DNA of 49,788 nucleotides from the NCBI GenBank assembly GCA_019358935.1, contig JAHHIK010000061.1:1-49788 (forward strand). The letters run 5' to 3'. Below the pieces are notes generated by a model. The model was not told the origin of the DNA. It was given only the letters and a program-made list of their open reading frames with translations, and did no database searches. The translations under genes and the position numbers were made by a program. The number at the start of each line of letters is the position of its first letter. Positions within the stretch are counted from its first letter, which is position 1. Positions 20,074-29,639 of the stretch are shown piece after piece. Source of the stretch: Tolypothrix carrinoi HA7290-LM1. Its GTDB lineage: Bacteria > Cyanobacteriota > Cyanobacteriia > Cyanobacteriales > Nostocaceae.

Positions 20074-21447
20074 ATGGTTTCCCAAGCTCCTACTATTTAT
20101 TCACTTCAAACTCCAAAGGATATTTCGCTCTCAGACGTTGAAGCGGAACTTAGTCAAATTTGGCAAAGTTACGGTATCGGCGATGCAAACGGTGCGCTTC
20201 CTGCGGCTACTCGTGCCACGACATTTACTTTAGTGGTGTACGAACCGGAAGAAACTCAATATCTTTTGTCAGCTTCCGGATATTACAACGGTCCGATTGA
20301 CGGAATTCTCGGACCGCAGATGGAAGCAGCGCTACGCGAAGTTCAGAAAACGCATAAACTGCCAGAAACTGGAACCGCAACACCAGAAACTCTCGCCAAA
20401 TTGCGGGAAGAAGTCGCTAAACGTCATGGCACCGACGCAACGGGCGAAAATGGTTCTAACGCATCCTATACTTTAGAGGCGAGAAGCCCCAGAATCGCCG
20501 ACGAAATTGCCCTGCGTAACCCTTGCCGAATTATTGCTTTGTGTCCAATAGCAGGCGAAGACGAAGGCGTAAAAGCTCAAGTTTCTGCTTATTGCCCAAT
20601 TCAAAAGCAGTCCTCAAGTACACTCATCTGCTGCGAATACATCACCCTAACTGGAACTACTGCCGCTTTGGAACGAATCGGGGGTATGATTCCAGCATTG
20701 TTAATCGGCGGCTTACCGAAGTTTCTTTGGTGGAAGGCTACACCAGATCCGAACAATGCTTTATTTAAGCGACTGGCGGCAGTATGCAATAATGTTATCG
20801 TCGATTCTTGCGAATTTAACGACCCAGAAAGCGATTTGCTCAGTTTGCAAGAGTTGGTAGAAACTGGCGTGCCTTTAGCTGACTTGAACTGGCGTCGTTT
20901 GTCAGCATGGCAAGAGTTAACCGCTGAAGCTTACGATCCCCCTTTGCGTCGCGCTTCTCTGCGGGAAATTGACCGAGTAACAATTGATTACGAAAAAGGC
21001 AATCCCGCACAAGCGTTAATGTTTTTAGGTTGGTTGGCAAGTCGCTTGGAATGGAGTCCAGTTTCTTACGAAAAAGAAAGCGGAGACTACCAAATTACTA
21101 AAATTAGCTTTCTTGCACAAGACCAACGCCAAGTACAAGCTGAGTTAGCCGGTGTCCCCGTGGCTGATGTGGGACAAATTATGGGCGACTTGATTGCTTT
21201 GCGCCTGAGTTCGACCAATCCCCAAGCTGACTGCGGTACAGTTATCTGTTCGGAAACTGGTGGCTGTATGCGGATGGAAACTCAAGGTGGTGCCCAATCT
21301 TCTGGCTTGTTCCAGCAGGTGACTTCACTTTCTGAACAAAAAGCGGAAGTGTTGCTGAGTCAGCAGGTGCAACGTTGGGGTCATGAAGCACTTTTTGAAG
21401 AAAGTCTTGCGGTGATAGCTAAGTTTCTGAAATTGGATAATAAGTAA
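20074..21447 (+). CDS. opcA: G6PDH assembly/redox protein OpcA with peptidoglycan-binding-like insert
   Basis: RATTFTLVVY, PCRII, CCEYITL, DLNWRRL; follows zwf. Confidence 0.95.
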   Translation: MVSQAPTIYSLQTPKDISLSDVEAELSQIWQSYGIGDANGALPAATRATTFTLVVYEPEETQYLLSASGYYNGPIDGILGPQMEAALREVQKTHKLPETGTATPETLAKLREEVAKRHGTDATGENGSNASYTLEARSPRIADEIALRNPCRIIALCPIAGEDEGVKAQVSAYCPIQKQSSSTLICCEYITLTGTTAALERIGGMIPALLIGGLPKFLWWKATPDPNNALFKRLAAVCNNVIVDSCEFNDPESDLLSLQELVETGVPLADLNWRRLSAWQELTAEAYDPPLRRASLREIDRVTIDYEKGNPAQALMFLGWLASRLEWSPVSYEKESGDYQITKISFLAQDQRQVQAELAGVPVADVGQIMGDLIALRLSSTNPQADCGTVICSETGGCMRMETQGGAQSSGLFQQVTSLSEQKAEVLLSQQVQRWGHEALFEESLAVIAKFLKLDNK

Positions 21448-21686
21448 TGTTGGTTGTTAGTGGTTAGTGGTTAGTGGATAGTGGTTAGTTGATAGTGGTT
21501 AGTGGATAGTGGATAGTGGTTAGTTGATAGTGGTTAGTTGATAGTGGTTAGTGGTAAATCTTAACAACTAACAATTCCCCAACTAACAACTAACAACTAA
21601 CAACCAACAACCAACAACTAACAAATAACAACTAACAACTAACAAATAACAACTAACAACTAACAACCAACAACCAACAACCAACA
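21448..21686. repeat. Inverted STRR pair (TAGTGGT)n ... (AACTAAC/AACCAAC)n
   Basis: GT-rich array 21450-21555, complementary AC-rich array 21563-21686. Confidence 0.9.
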
Positions 21687-23114
21687 ATGTCTTTAGTTAT
21701 TGCCGGTGAACGTAGTGGGGTGGGTAAGACAACTGTCACGCTCACCCTTTTAGCATCTTTATGCCGTCGCGGTTCTTTGATTCAATCTTTTAAAGTGGGT
21801 CCAGATTATATTGACCCGATGTTTCATCAGCACGTTACTAATCGTGCTTGTCGCAATTTAGACCCTGTGCTGACTTCGGAAGCTTACGTTCAAAAATGTT
21901 TTGCGCGTCACATCCAAGAAGTAGATTTTGCCCTTGTAGAAGGGGTAATGGGGTTGTTTGATGGAATTAAAGGAAGTAAGCAAGATTCTTCCCAATCCCC
22001 AATCCCCAGTCCCCAATCCCCAATCGCTAGTACGGCTCATATTGCGCGGTTGCTGGATTTGCCTGTAGTATTGGTGATTGACTGTAGTCGATTGTCTGGT
22101 TCTGTAGCAGCGATCGCTTACGGTTATTGCTCTTTCGATCCGAGAATTAAAATTGCTGGAGTGGTACTAAATCGCGTGGGAAGCGATCGCCATTTATCTC
22201 TGCTCAAAGATTCCCTAGAACCCCTACAATTACCAATTCTCGGCGTTTTGCGGCGTGAAGATAATATTACCATTCCCGATCGCCATTTGGGTTTAGTTCC
22301 CACAGCTGAACTTCCTCAACTTGATGCAGTTATCGAACGACTTGCCGATTTAGGCGATACTTGCTTTGACTGGGATCGCTTGTTACCTTTACTGAAATCA
22401 GAACGTCTTCCCCCCTTCCCCCCAACCCCACTTCGTGGGGACCCCAAAGCCCCCCCTTCCCCCCTCCCCCTCTCCCCCCCTCCTCTTCGAGTCGCTGTTG
22501 CACGCGATCGCGCTTTTAATTTTTACTATCAAGATAATCTCGACTTGCTGCAACAATTGGGTGCAGAACTAATTTTCTGGAGTCCTCTAGAAGATGCTTT
22601 ACCCAAAAATGTGCAAGGTATGTATTTTGGTGGTGGTTTCCCGGAAGTTTTTGCCGAACAACTTGCGGAAAATACTAGCGCTCGTGAAGCAGTAAAATGT
22701 GCAATTGTTGCCGGAATACCTACAATCGCAGAGTGTGGGGGATTGATGTATTTGTGTGAGGAAATTGTTGATTTTCAAGGGTTATCTTGGTCGATGGTGG
22801 GAGTTTTGCCGACAACTTCTGTGATGGGTGGACGTTTAACTTTAGGGTATCGTCGCGCTGTAGCTTTGCAAGATAATCTGCTAGTGGATGCGGGTGCAAC
22901 AGTTTACGGACATGAGTTTCATCGTTCGCGTTTAATACCAGAACCGAATTTACCATTGTTTCAAACTTATCGCTGTGATTCTGAGGAAGCAACTGGAAAT
23001 GAAGGATGGAGTTTGCCTATGAATCTTTACGCTTCTTATATTCATATGCACTGGGGAGCGTGTCCAAAAATTCCCCAACGGTTTTTAGCGCAATGCATGA
23101 AAGTGGCATTTTAG
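21687..23114 (+). CDS. cobB: Cobyrinate a,c-diamide synthase (CobB/CbiA)
   Basis: SGVGKTT P-loop, FKVGPDYIDP, EGVMGLFDG, glutaminase AECGGLMYL, GHEFH, ASYIH. Confidence 0.93.
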   Translation: MSLVIAGERSGVGKTTVTLTLLASLCRRGSLIQSFKVGPDYIDPMFHQHVTNRACRNLDPVLTSEAYVQKCFARHIQEVDFALVEGVMGLFDGIKGSKQDSSQSPIPSPQSPIASTAHIARLLDLPVVLVIDCSRLSGSVAAIAYGYCSFDPRIKIAGVVLNRVGSDRHLSLLKDSLEPLQLPILGVLRREDNITIPDRHLGLVPTAELPQLDAVIERLADLGDTCFDWDRLLPLLKSERLPPFPPTPLRGDPKAPPSPLPLSPPPLRVAVARDRAFNFYYQDNLDLLQQLGAELIFWSPLEDALPKNVQGMYFGGGFPEVFAEQLAENTSAREAVKCAIVAGIPTIAECGGLMYLCEEIVDFQGLSWSMVGVLPTTSVMGGRLTLGYRRAVALQDNLLVDAGATVYGHEFHRSRLIPEPNLPLFQTYRCDSEEATGNEGWSLPMNLYASYIHMHWGACPKIPQRFLAQCMKVAF

Positions 23115-23182
23115 TCAAGATATGTCTCACGCACTCGTAGCAGAGACGCAAAGAAGAGGTATAATTTGCCGAAAGATTGGGG

Positions 23183-23623
23183 CTAATTTTTTAAGGCGAT
23201 CGCGTTAATTTTTTGGTTGAGTTCTCGAATGCGACAAGATAGTTGACGAATAATATTTACAGCTATTTCTGGAGTTTCTTCTATTGCGTCGTATAGTTGC
23301 TCTTGGGTTAGTTCTAAACATTCACAAGGTTCTAAAGTGGTTGCGGAAGCGGAACGAGGTTCGGTATCAAATACTGCCATTTCACCAAAGTATTTTCCAT
23401 TATTGACTTCAGCCAGAAGTTTATCACCGATATGAACTTTAACTTTACCGGAAACAACAATGTAAAGCGATCGCCCTTCTTCTCCCTGTTTAAAAATGGC
23501 ATAATTAGCTGGAAAGGACAGTTCATCCATCACCGAAGCCAGCCGAACTATAAAATCATCCCGCAGTTTCTCAAAAATCGGGACTTGACGAACAAATAAT
23601 AAACGGTCAACGCTAGTTAGCAT
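23183..23623 (-). CDS. Standalone cyclic nucleotide-binding domain protein
   Basis: IFKQGEEG..LYIV.SG, FGEMAVFD.EPRSASA. Confidence 0.9.
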   Translation of the reverse strand: MLTSVDRLLFVRQVPIFEKLRDDFIVRLASVMDELSFPANYAIFKQGEEGRSLYIVVSGKVKVHIGDKLLAEVNNGKYFGEMAVFDTEPRSASATTLEPCECLELTQEQLYDAIEETPEIAVNIIRQLSCRIRELNQKINAIALKN

Positions 23624-23625
23624 AA

Positions 23626-23737
23626 ATGTTAGTGGTTGGTAGATAGTTGTTAGTGGTTGGTAGATAGTTGTTAGTGGTTGGTTGATAGTGGTTGGTTGAT
23701 GGTTGATGGTTGATGGTTGATGGTTGATAGTGGTTAG
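23626..23737. repeat. GT-rich STRR arm left of the four-helix-bundle gene
   Basis: (GGTTGAT)n and TAGTGGT units. Confidence 0.85.
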
Positions 23738-24117
23738 TCGGTTTCTTGTTTTTTGGAAGGATTGTCAAGATATTTTAGATAAGCATTTAATTTGGGTGAC
23801 AGTTCATTAATAATTGGTTTCAGCACATTTACTTGTTCATTTGTCAATAAGTGACGCATCTGTGCTCGTTTCAAGCAGTATCTTGTTTCATGTAACGAAC
23901 CCCTGGCAATTTTTACAAAACGTCGATTATCGGCAAAATTATAACGACCAGAACCTTCAGCAATATTTGCACCAATACTATCAGCAGCACGAATAATTTG
24001 CTTACCAAGAGTATCTTTTTCAAAATAACTCCATTTAATAACAATATGCCAAATTCGGTCTGAAAAGTTCTCAGCCAATTGAAAAACGTGTAAATTTTCA
24101 AAATTCGATTTATCCAT
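23734..24117 (-). CDS. Four-helix-bundle protein (23S rRNA intervening-sequence protein / Avd-like family)
   Basis: FENLHVFQLA, QIIRAADSIGANIAEGSGR, FVKIARGSLHET; ATG at 24117 with RBS GAGGAG (the upstream extension of the listed ORF is STRR). Confidence 0.88.
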   Translation of the reverse strand: MDKSNFENLHVFQLAENFSDRIWHIVIKWSYFEKDTLGKQIIRAADSIGANIAEGSGRYNFADNRRFVKIARGSLHETRYCLKRAQMRHLLTNEQVNVLKPIINELSPKLNAYLKYLDNPSKKQETD

Positions 24118-24127
24118 ATCTACTCCT

Positions 24128-24197
24128 CTACTAACCAATATCAACAACCAACCACTAACCACTATCAACCATCCACCAACCACTATCAACCATCAAC
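24128..24197. repeat. AC-rich STRR arm right of the four-helix-bundle gene, complementary to the left arm
   Basis: AACCACTATCAACCATCAAC is the reverse complement of GTTGATGGTTGATAGTGGTT in the left arm. Confidence 0.85.
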
Positions 24198-27100
24198 TTT
24201 TTAACTTTTTAACTTGAGCAATTACTAGAGGGTGTGGATCGTTTTTTAACTGAGGTAAAAGTTCTAAAAGGACGCGGGGTGAAACTACACTTAAATACGC
24301 GATCGCTGCTTCTCGCACAAATCCGGTAGGATGACGCAAAGTTGCGATAATTTCCGGAATTGTCAATCGAATACAAGCAACTTGGGCAAAATGAAAACAG
24401 CAAGCCAAGCACCAATCGGAAAGTAAATTTCCCAAGCTTATCAATCTGCGAGTGCGATCGCTTAATAACATTTGTTGATATTCAGCCATTCCTTTAGACA
24501 CCAAATGCTGTAGTTTTTCTTCAGGCGATCGCCGATCAAAAATATTCACCAACACAGATTTACTCGGCAAATTAACTGTATGCTCTAAAATTTCTAATCC
24601 CCGTGCTAAGTTTACCGCTGATTCTGAACGAAGATTAAACGCCGCTGCCTGAACATTGTCTTGAGAGTAAAGCAGTTTCAGCAACATCAGCAATCGCTCT
24701 TTCACATCAATTTCTAATTCTAAAAGTGCGCGTTCTACCAACGATAATATAGTAATTACTATTTCACTTATTTGGGATTTTTCCAGAGTATTTTGTATTT
24801 TAAAATCTATATAAGCTGCGTAGATTTCGCCTTGAGTTTTAAAATCTATATAAGCTGCGTAAATTTCACCTAAAAAGCTTAACTCCTGCTCAATTAGCGT
24901 TTCCACTTGACTTTGATGTAACCCATCTACTAAACTGACAATTCCTTCTTGTTTATGCCTTTTAAGTAAAGTGTTAAGGATACGATCTCTACTTGTACCC
25001 CGAAATATTTCCAATTGCTGCCATAAAATATCCATTGCTTCCAGGGTGGGAATTTGACCAATAGTGCGCCAAGCGTACATTCGCACTACATCCGGTTTAT
25101 AAATATTAGTAGCAAGGCTCAACAACATCGGTAAAGCTTCATTTTCTAGTTGCACTAAGGCAAGCATTGCTGTATTGCGAGTTGATTTATAGCAAAGTCC
25201 TGCTAGTAACGCTGAATAATATTCCTCTAATTGGTTTGCGACAATCATTTCTAATACAGCACGACGCACCCGTAAAGAGTCATCTTGCAATAAGTTGGGA
25301 ATGTGAATTCGCAGCGCTTGTAAATAAACAGATCCTCTTAATACTTTGACTCCATTCATCCGTTCAAGTTCAAGTTTGTGAGTCAGCATTTTTCGCAGAG
25401 TATGCATTGCTGCTACTTTTTGCATTGGTGTTCCTTGACGTAACAGCAAGGCAGCAGCAGTACCTCGGATAAGTGAATTTTCTCGTGGGTGCAGATACTC
25501 TTCTAATTTCCCTAAATCTGGATTTTGTTCAGCTAGCCAAATGTAGCGTAAGCTAAGTGCAAAAACTTCTGGGGTAATTTCTTGACGCTGTGCTAATAAA
25601 GTGCGAATTTCAGGTAAATAAGCTGCATTTGCACCTGCATTCAGCATCACCTCCAAACTGGACTTCTGTAAATCTGGGGATAGCTTGACTAACATGGATG
25701 CTAAAACTTCTGCGGCACCTTGAAGGTCAAATTGAGATAAAAGTTCAATGCAAGAGCGTTTATCTGCTTCTGTGCTTTTTTCTGCTAAAGTTTTTACTAC
25801 TACTTGCTTGAATAGTGGCAAATCTATATTTGAAGCACTGATTTGACCTTGTTCTGCACTTGAGACTAACAGTTCAACGTAGCCTTTTTGCAGTAACCAA
25901 ATTACACCAAGACAAATCACACCAGCGATCGCTGTTTCTAACAATAATATTAAGTCGTGTCCGGTTATAGGCAAAAACCGCGTACACAGCCACAAAGTAA
26001 CTAAAATCACTATACCTGCCGTCCCAGCACCAAACGCTTCCGCAACCCCTCCAGAAAATGTTTGCACTCGGCTACGAATTTTCGCGGGTATTGGTTGAAA
26101 CAGCAATGGTCCGCTACTAGCGACAAAGGTATAGCGCAGAAGTTCGTCTATAAACTTGATAATCACTAAACCCCAGAAAAAGTTCTCCCCTTGCATCGCT
26201 ACAAATAAACCGAGTATCGGAATAATTATTGGTATCAAAACTGTTACGCTTGCTGGTAATGTGGCAACGGCAACAAACACCCCAGAACGTTCAAGCAATC
26301 GGCTGGAGATAAACCACTGCATAATTAACTCGCACAGTCCGGTAATGCCACCAAATATCCCCAAAAAGCTGGCGATTTGTTTGTCGTTATAATTTAACTT
26401 CAGTTGAGTGAGATACTGAAAATCGATTAAAATCCCCATCACTTGCAGCAACGCAAAAAACGCAAACAACAGCAATGCATAGCGCTTCACAGGACCAGTG
26501 AGACGCCTTCTTGTAGAACGTGATGCTGTGGGAATCAGTCGTTGGGGAGTATTGGGAAAAGCTTGACGATAGTTGTGAGTGAGATACCAGAGAATTAGAG
26601 TTCCCAAAACGATGAACCCAGCAGCGAAGGGAACGATGACGTTATGCAGTCCGACAAATAGCAGCAGTAAAGGTAAACTAAAACCACTGAGGACATCAGC
26701 AACTAAAATACCACTGCTGATTAATGGGTAGGTGCGTTTAATCTCGCGAATATTGAATAGTTGATTAGCAGCGATTGAGGTATTGAGGTCATTGACAATG
26801 TAAAAGGCATCTACCCACAAGCGCAGTAGAAATATGCTAATGACTTGAAACGGTGAAACTTGCAAACCAAAAGGTAGTAAAATTAGTGGCACGAACATAA
26901 AAGGTGCGATCGCCACAATTACCAAGCGCAAGGGAAAAATCTTTTGCAGCCAAGAATAAAAAAAAACCAGTACAGAACCAAGCGCTGCACTGGCAATATA
27001 AATCCAAGGCAGTGACTTTGCGCCATATTGATCTAAAAAAAGCGCTACCGTACTATCCTCAGACCAGCGCAATCCTATAGATGTGATTGTATAAAAAGCA

Positions 27101-27210
27101 AACATTAACAATGTGCGATCGCTCTCTTCCGGTCGGAGATTCACCCACTTCAGCAATCGCTTAAGAACACCTTTGTTTTTCGCAACAAAAGAGAGATTTT
27201 TTAGTTCCAT
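24193..27210 (-). CDS. MFS/Npt-like (ADP/ATP translocase-like) membrane domain fused to HEAT repeats
   Basis: About 12 hydrophobic segments in the first ~450 aa (FNIREIKRTYPLISSG), then helical repeats (RHPTGFVREAA, DPHPLV); start taken at MELKN. Confidence 0.75.
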   Translation of the reverse strand: MELKNLSFVAKNKGVLKRLLKWVNLRPEESDRTLLMFAFYTITSIGLRWSEDSTVALFLDQYGAKSLPWIYIASAALGSVLVFFYSWLQKIFPLRLVIVAIAPFMFVPLILLPFGLQVSPFQVISIFLLRLWVDAFYIVNDLNTSIAANQLFNIREIKRTYPLISSGILVADVLSGFSLPLLLLFVGLHNVIVPFAAGFIVLGTLILWYLTHNYRQAFPNTPQRLIPTASRSTRRRLTGPVKRYALLLFAFFALLQVMGILIDFQYLTQLKLNYNDKQIASFLGIFGGITGLCELIMQWFISSRLLERSGVFVAVATLPASVTVLIPIIIPILGLFVAMQGENFFWGLVIIKFIDELLRYTFVASSGPLLFQPIPAKIRSRVQTFSGGVAEAFGAGTAGIVILVTLWLCTRFLPITGHDLILLLETAIAGVICLGVIWLLQKGYVELLVSSAEQGQISASNIDLPLFKQVVVKTLAEKSTEADKRSCIELLSQFDLQGAAEVLASMLVKLSPDLQKSSLEVMLNAGANAAYLPEIRTLLAQRQEITPEVFALSLRYIWLAEQNPDLGKLEEYLHPRENSLIRGTAAALLLRQGTPMQKVAAMHTLRKMLTHKLELERMNGVKVLRGSVYLQALRIHIPNLLQDDSLRVRRAVLEMIVANQLEEYYSALLAGLCYKSTRNTAMLALVQLENEALPMLLSLATNIYKPDVVRMYAWRTIGQIPTLEAMDILWQQLEIFRGTSRDRILNTLLKRHKQEGIVSLVDGLHQSQVETLIEQELSFLGEIYAAYIDFKTQGEIYAAYIDFKIQNTLEKSQISEIVITILSLVERALLELEIDVKERLLMLLKLLYSQDNVQAAAFNLRSESAVNLARGLEILEHTVNLPSKSVLVNIFDRRSPEEKLQHLVSKGMAEYQQMLLSDRTRRLISLGNLLSDWCLACCFHFAQVACIRLTIPEIIATLRHPTGFVREAAIAYLSVVSPRVLLELLPQLKNDPHPLVIAQVKKLKS

Positions 27211-27243
27211 GCAAGTTGTATTTTCTGGTGTAGTCACCGCTGA

Positions 27244-27446
27244 TTAGGGAGTAGGGCATTGGGCATGGGGCAAAGTCGGGCATGGGGCAAAGTCGGGCAT
27301 GGGGCAAAGTCGGGCATTGGGCATGGGGCAAAGTCGGGCATTGGGCATGGGGCATTGGGTGGGGGAACCCCACCCCTACTTGTCTCCCTTGTCCTCCTTG
27401 TCTCCCTTGTCTCCCTTGTCCCCTTCTCCCCACTCCCCTGTCCCCA
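27244..27446. repeat. STRR block (GGGCAT/GGGCAAAGTC units, a reverse GTAG palindrome at 27357-27379, CTTGTCTCC units)
   Basis: Visible repeats; overlapping ORFs are repeat-derived. Confidence 0.85.
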
Positions 27447-27589
27447 AAAATGGCAAAAGTCCTGAGCAACTGAGTATTATCTTTCCCACTCAGCGTTCAG
27501 GACTATCGTTTGTTAATTTATTTAAACGACCTATAAGTCGATTTTATTTGTGTTTTAGAGAAAATATTTTCTCTAAAACAATCGGATCG

Positions 27590-28126
27590 TTATTTCTTAG
27601 GCGATATGAGCATCATCATGTTTCGCCCTTCTTTTTTGGGCATTTGCTGTACCTCACCAAATGGCTCTAAGTCGGTTGCCATTCGCTTGAGCAAAGTTTC
27701 TGCTAGGTCGCTGTGTTGAATTTCTCGACCTCGGAACATGACAGTGGCTTTGACTTTATCACCATCTTTCAAAAACCGCTCTGCTTGCTTGACACGCACG
27801 TTGTAGTCATGTTCTTCTATTTTGTAGCGCATCTTCACTTCTTTGACATCAGCGGTGTGCTGCTTTTTCCGGGCTTCCCGTGCCTTCTTCTCCTGCTCAA
27901 ATTTGTATTTACCATAGTCCATAATCCGACAAACCGGCGGGTCAGCCTTGTCACTGAGTAGCACCAGATCAAGCTCTTTTTCTTCTGCTAGTTGCAGTGC
28001 TTCCTGAGGAGTGATAATTCCTAGTTGGGCGCCATCAGTATCAATGACCCGAATTTTCGGGAAGCGAATTCTTTCGTTAATTTGAGGCAGATCGCGAGTT
28101 CTTTTTTTCTCAATCACAGGCGTCAT
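27590..28126 (-). CDS. infC: Translation initiation factor IF-3
   Basis: [36 protein letters not shown]. Confidence 0.98.
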   Translation of the reverse strand: MTPVIEKKRTRDLPQINERIRFPKIRVIDTDGAQLGIITPQEALQLAEEKELDLVLLSDKADPPVCRIMDYGKYKFEQEKKAREARKKQHTADVKEVKMRYKIEEHDYNVRVKQAERFLKDGDKVKATVMFRGREIQHSDLAETLLKRMATDLEPFGEVQQMPKKEGRNMMMLISPKK

Positions 28127-28584
28127 GTATGATTTTTGGGGCTGTTTGGTTGTAAAGAATTGGACTTGGTTTAGTTGTACGCCTCAACAAGCAATAAGCG
28201 CTTCGCGCGCTTCTTGAGGACTGAAACTGATAAAATAAGCTATAGTTCTATGGTAGCTAATCCATAAAGTAGTTTATTGGTTGTGGTATATGTCATTCTA
28301 CTCACTGTGAGAGAATTTCTGCCCAATAGTTAATCTAAATTACACAACAGTTATAAACTTTAACTATTGTCACATTTTTGTCAATTCATTTATATTGTTC
28401 TTTTTCAGTATATTTTCGTGCAAGTATCACGTATAAAACATATTTTTCAAAATTTGTAGTATAATTTAATACAGTAATTATATTAAATAGTACTAATGCT
28501 CTCTAGAGAGCAGCAATCTATAAAAGCGTTAACGCTTTTGCGATCGCCTTAAAATAAAAATAAGCTGATAAATTGGAGGTAAGT

Positions 28585-29565
28585 GTGACCGCTCAGGTAC
28601 ACTGGCAGCAAAGAGTTGGTAATCAAAGAGACTGGGTTTGGCGGGGTAGGCAAATCCGCTACACGTATATTCGCCCTACGGAAAATAACCACTCAGACAC
28701 ACCTTTAATTTTGCTGCATGGATTTGGCGCTTCAATTGGTCATTGGCGACACAATTTAGAAGTATTAGGCTCGCGCCATACAGTATATGCTTTAGATATG
28801 CTGGGTTTTGGCGCTTCGGAAAAAGCACCTGTAAATTACAGCGTTGAACTTTGGGCAGAGCAAGTTTACGATTTTTGGAAAGCATTTATCCGCCAACCAG
28901 TGGTATTAATCGGTAATTCCAATGGATCGCTGATTTCGTTAGCGATCGCTGCCGCTCATCCGGAAATGGTGCAAGGAATCGTTATGATGAGTTTACCCGA
29001 TCCGTCATTAGAGCAAGAAGCGATCCCGGCTTTCCTCAGACCGATAGTCATGGCAATCAAAAAGCTTGTCGCTTCCCCGTTAATCCTCAAACCGATATTT
29101 CACTTTGTCCGGCAGCCTGGTATTTTGCGTCGTTGGGCAAGTATTGCTTATGCTAACCCAGAAGCGATCAGCGATGAACTGATAGAAATTTTAGCAGGTC
29201 CGCCTCAAGACCGTGGTTCGGCGCGTGCTTTTAGTGCTTTATTTAAAGCAGCGATTGGTGTTAACTTTAGTCCTAATGTCAAGACAGTGTTACCAACCTT
29301 AACAATTCCCATGTTGTTAATTTGGGGACAAAAAGACCGATTTGTTCCCCCACAACTTGCGAATCGATTTACTCAGTACAACGAGAAATTGCAATTGTTA
29401 AACCTAGAAGATGTGGGTCATTGTCCCCATGACGAATGTCCAGAACGAGTCAACCAAGCTATTTTAGATTGGATTGAGACACGTAGTGAGCCAGCGCGGT
29501 CATGTTCGTTACCACGCCAGATGCCTCAAGTCGGGAAACCCGCCCACGGCACTGGCTCCCCATGA
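28585..29565 (+). CDS. Alpha/beta-fold hydrolase (C-terminal ~25 aa derived from an inserted repeat)
   Basis: LLHGFG, DMLGFG.S, GNSNG nucleophile elbow, WGQKD, GHCPHDE; GTG start with RBS GGAGG. Confidence 0.9.
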   Translation: MTAQVHWQQRVGNQRDWVWRGRQIRYTYIRPTENNHSDTPLILLHGFGASIGHWRHNLEVLGSRHTVYALDMLGFGASEKAPVNYSVELWAEQVYDFWKAFIRQPVVLIGNSNGSLISLAIAAAHPEMVQGIVMMSLPDPSLEQEAIPAFLRPIVMAIKKLVASPLILKPIFHFVRQPGILRRWASIAYANPEAISDELIEILAGPPQDRGSARAFSALFKAAIGVNFSPNVKTVLPTLTIPMLLIWGQKDRFVPPQLANRFTQYNEKLQLLNLEDVGHCPHDECPERVNQAILDWIETRSEPARSCSLPRQMPQVGKPAHGTGSP

Positions 29566-29587
29566 GCGACTTCAGAACCCGAAGGGT
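29485..29587. repeat. Nested small dispersed repeat (SDR5-like): a forward copy interrupted by a reverse copy
   Basis: Outer GAGCCAGCGCGGTC...CCCCATGAGCGACT..GAACCCGAAGGGT; inner 29511-29559 is the reverse complement of the 41436-41494 type. Confidence 0.75.
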
Positions 29588-29639
29588 AAGCACGAAGAGT
29601 GCTATTCAAGCAGAGGACTAAAGTCCTCACTACGAGTTC

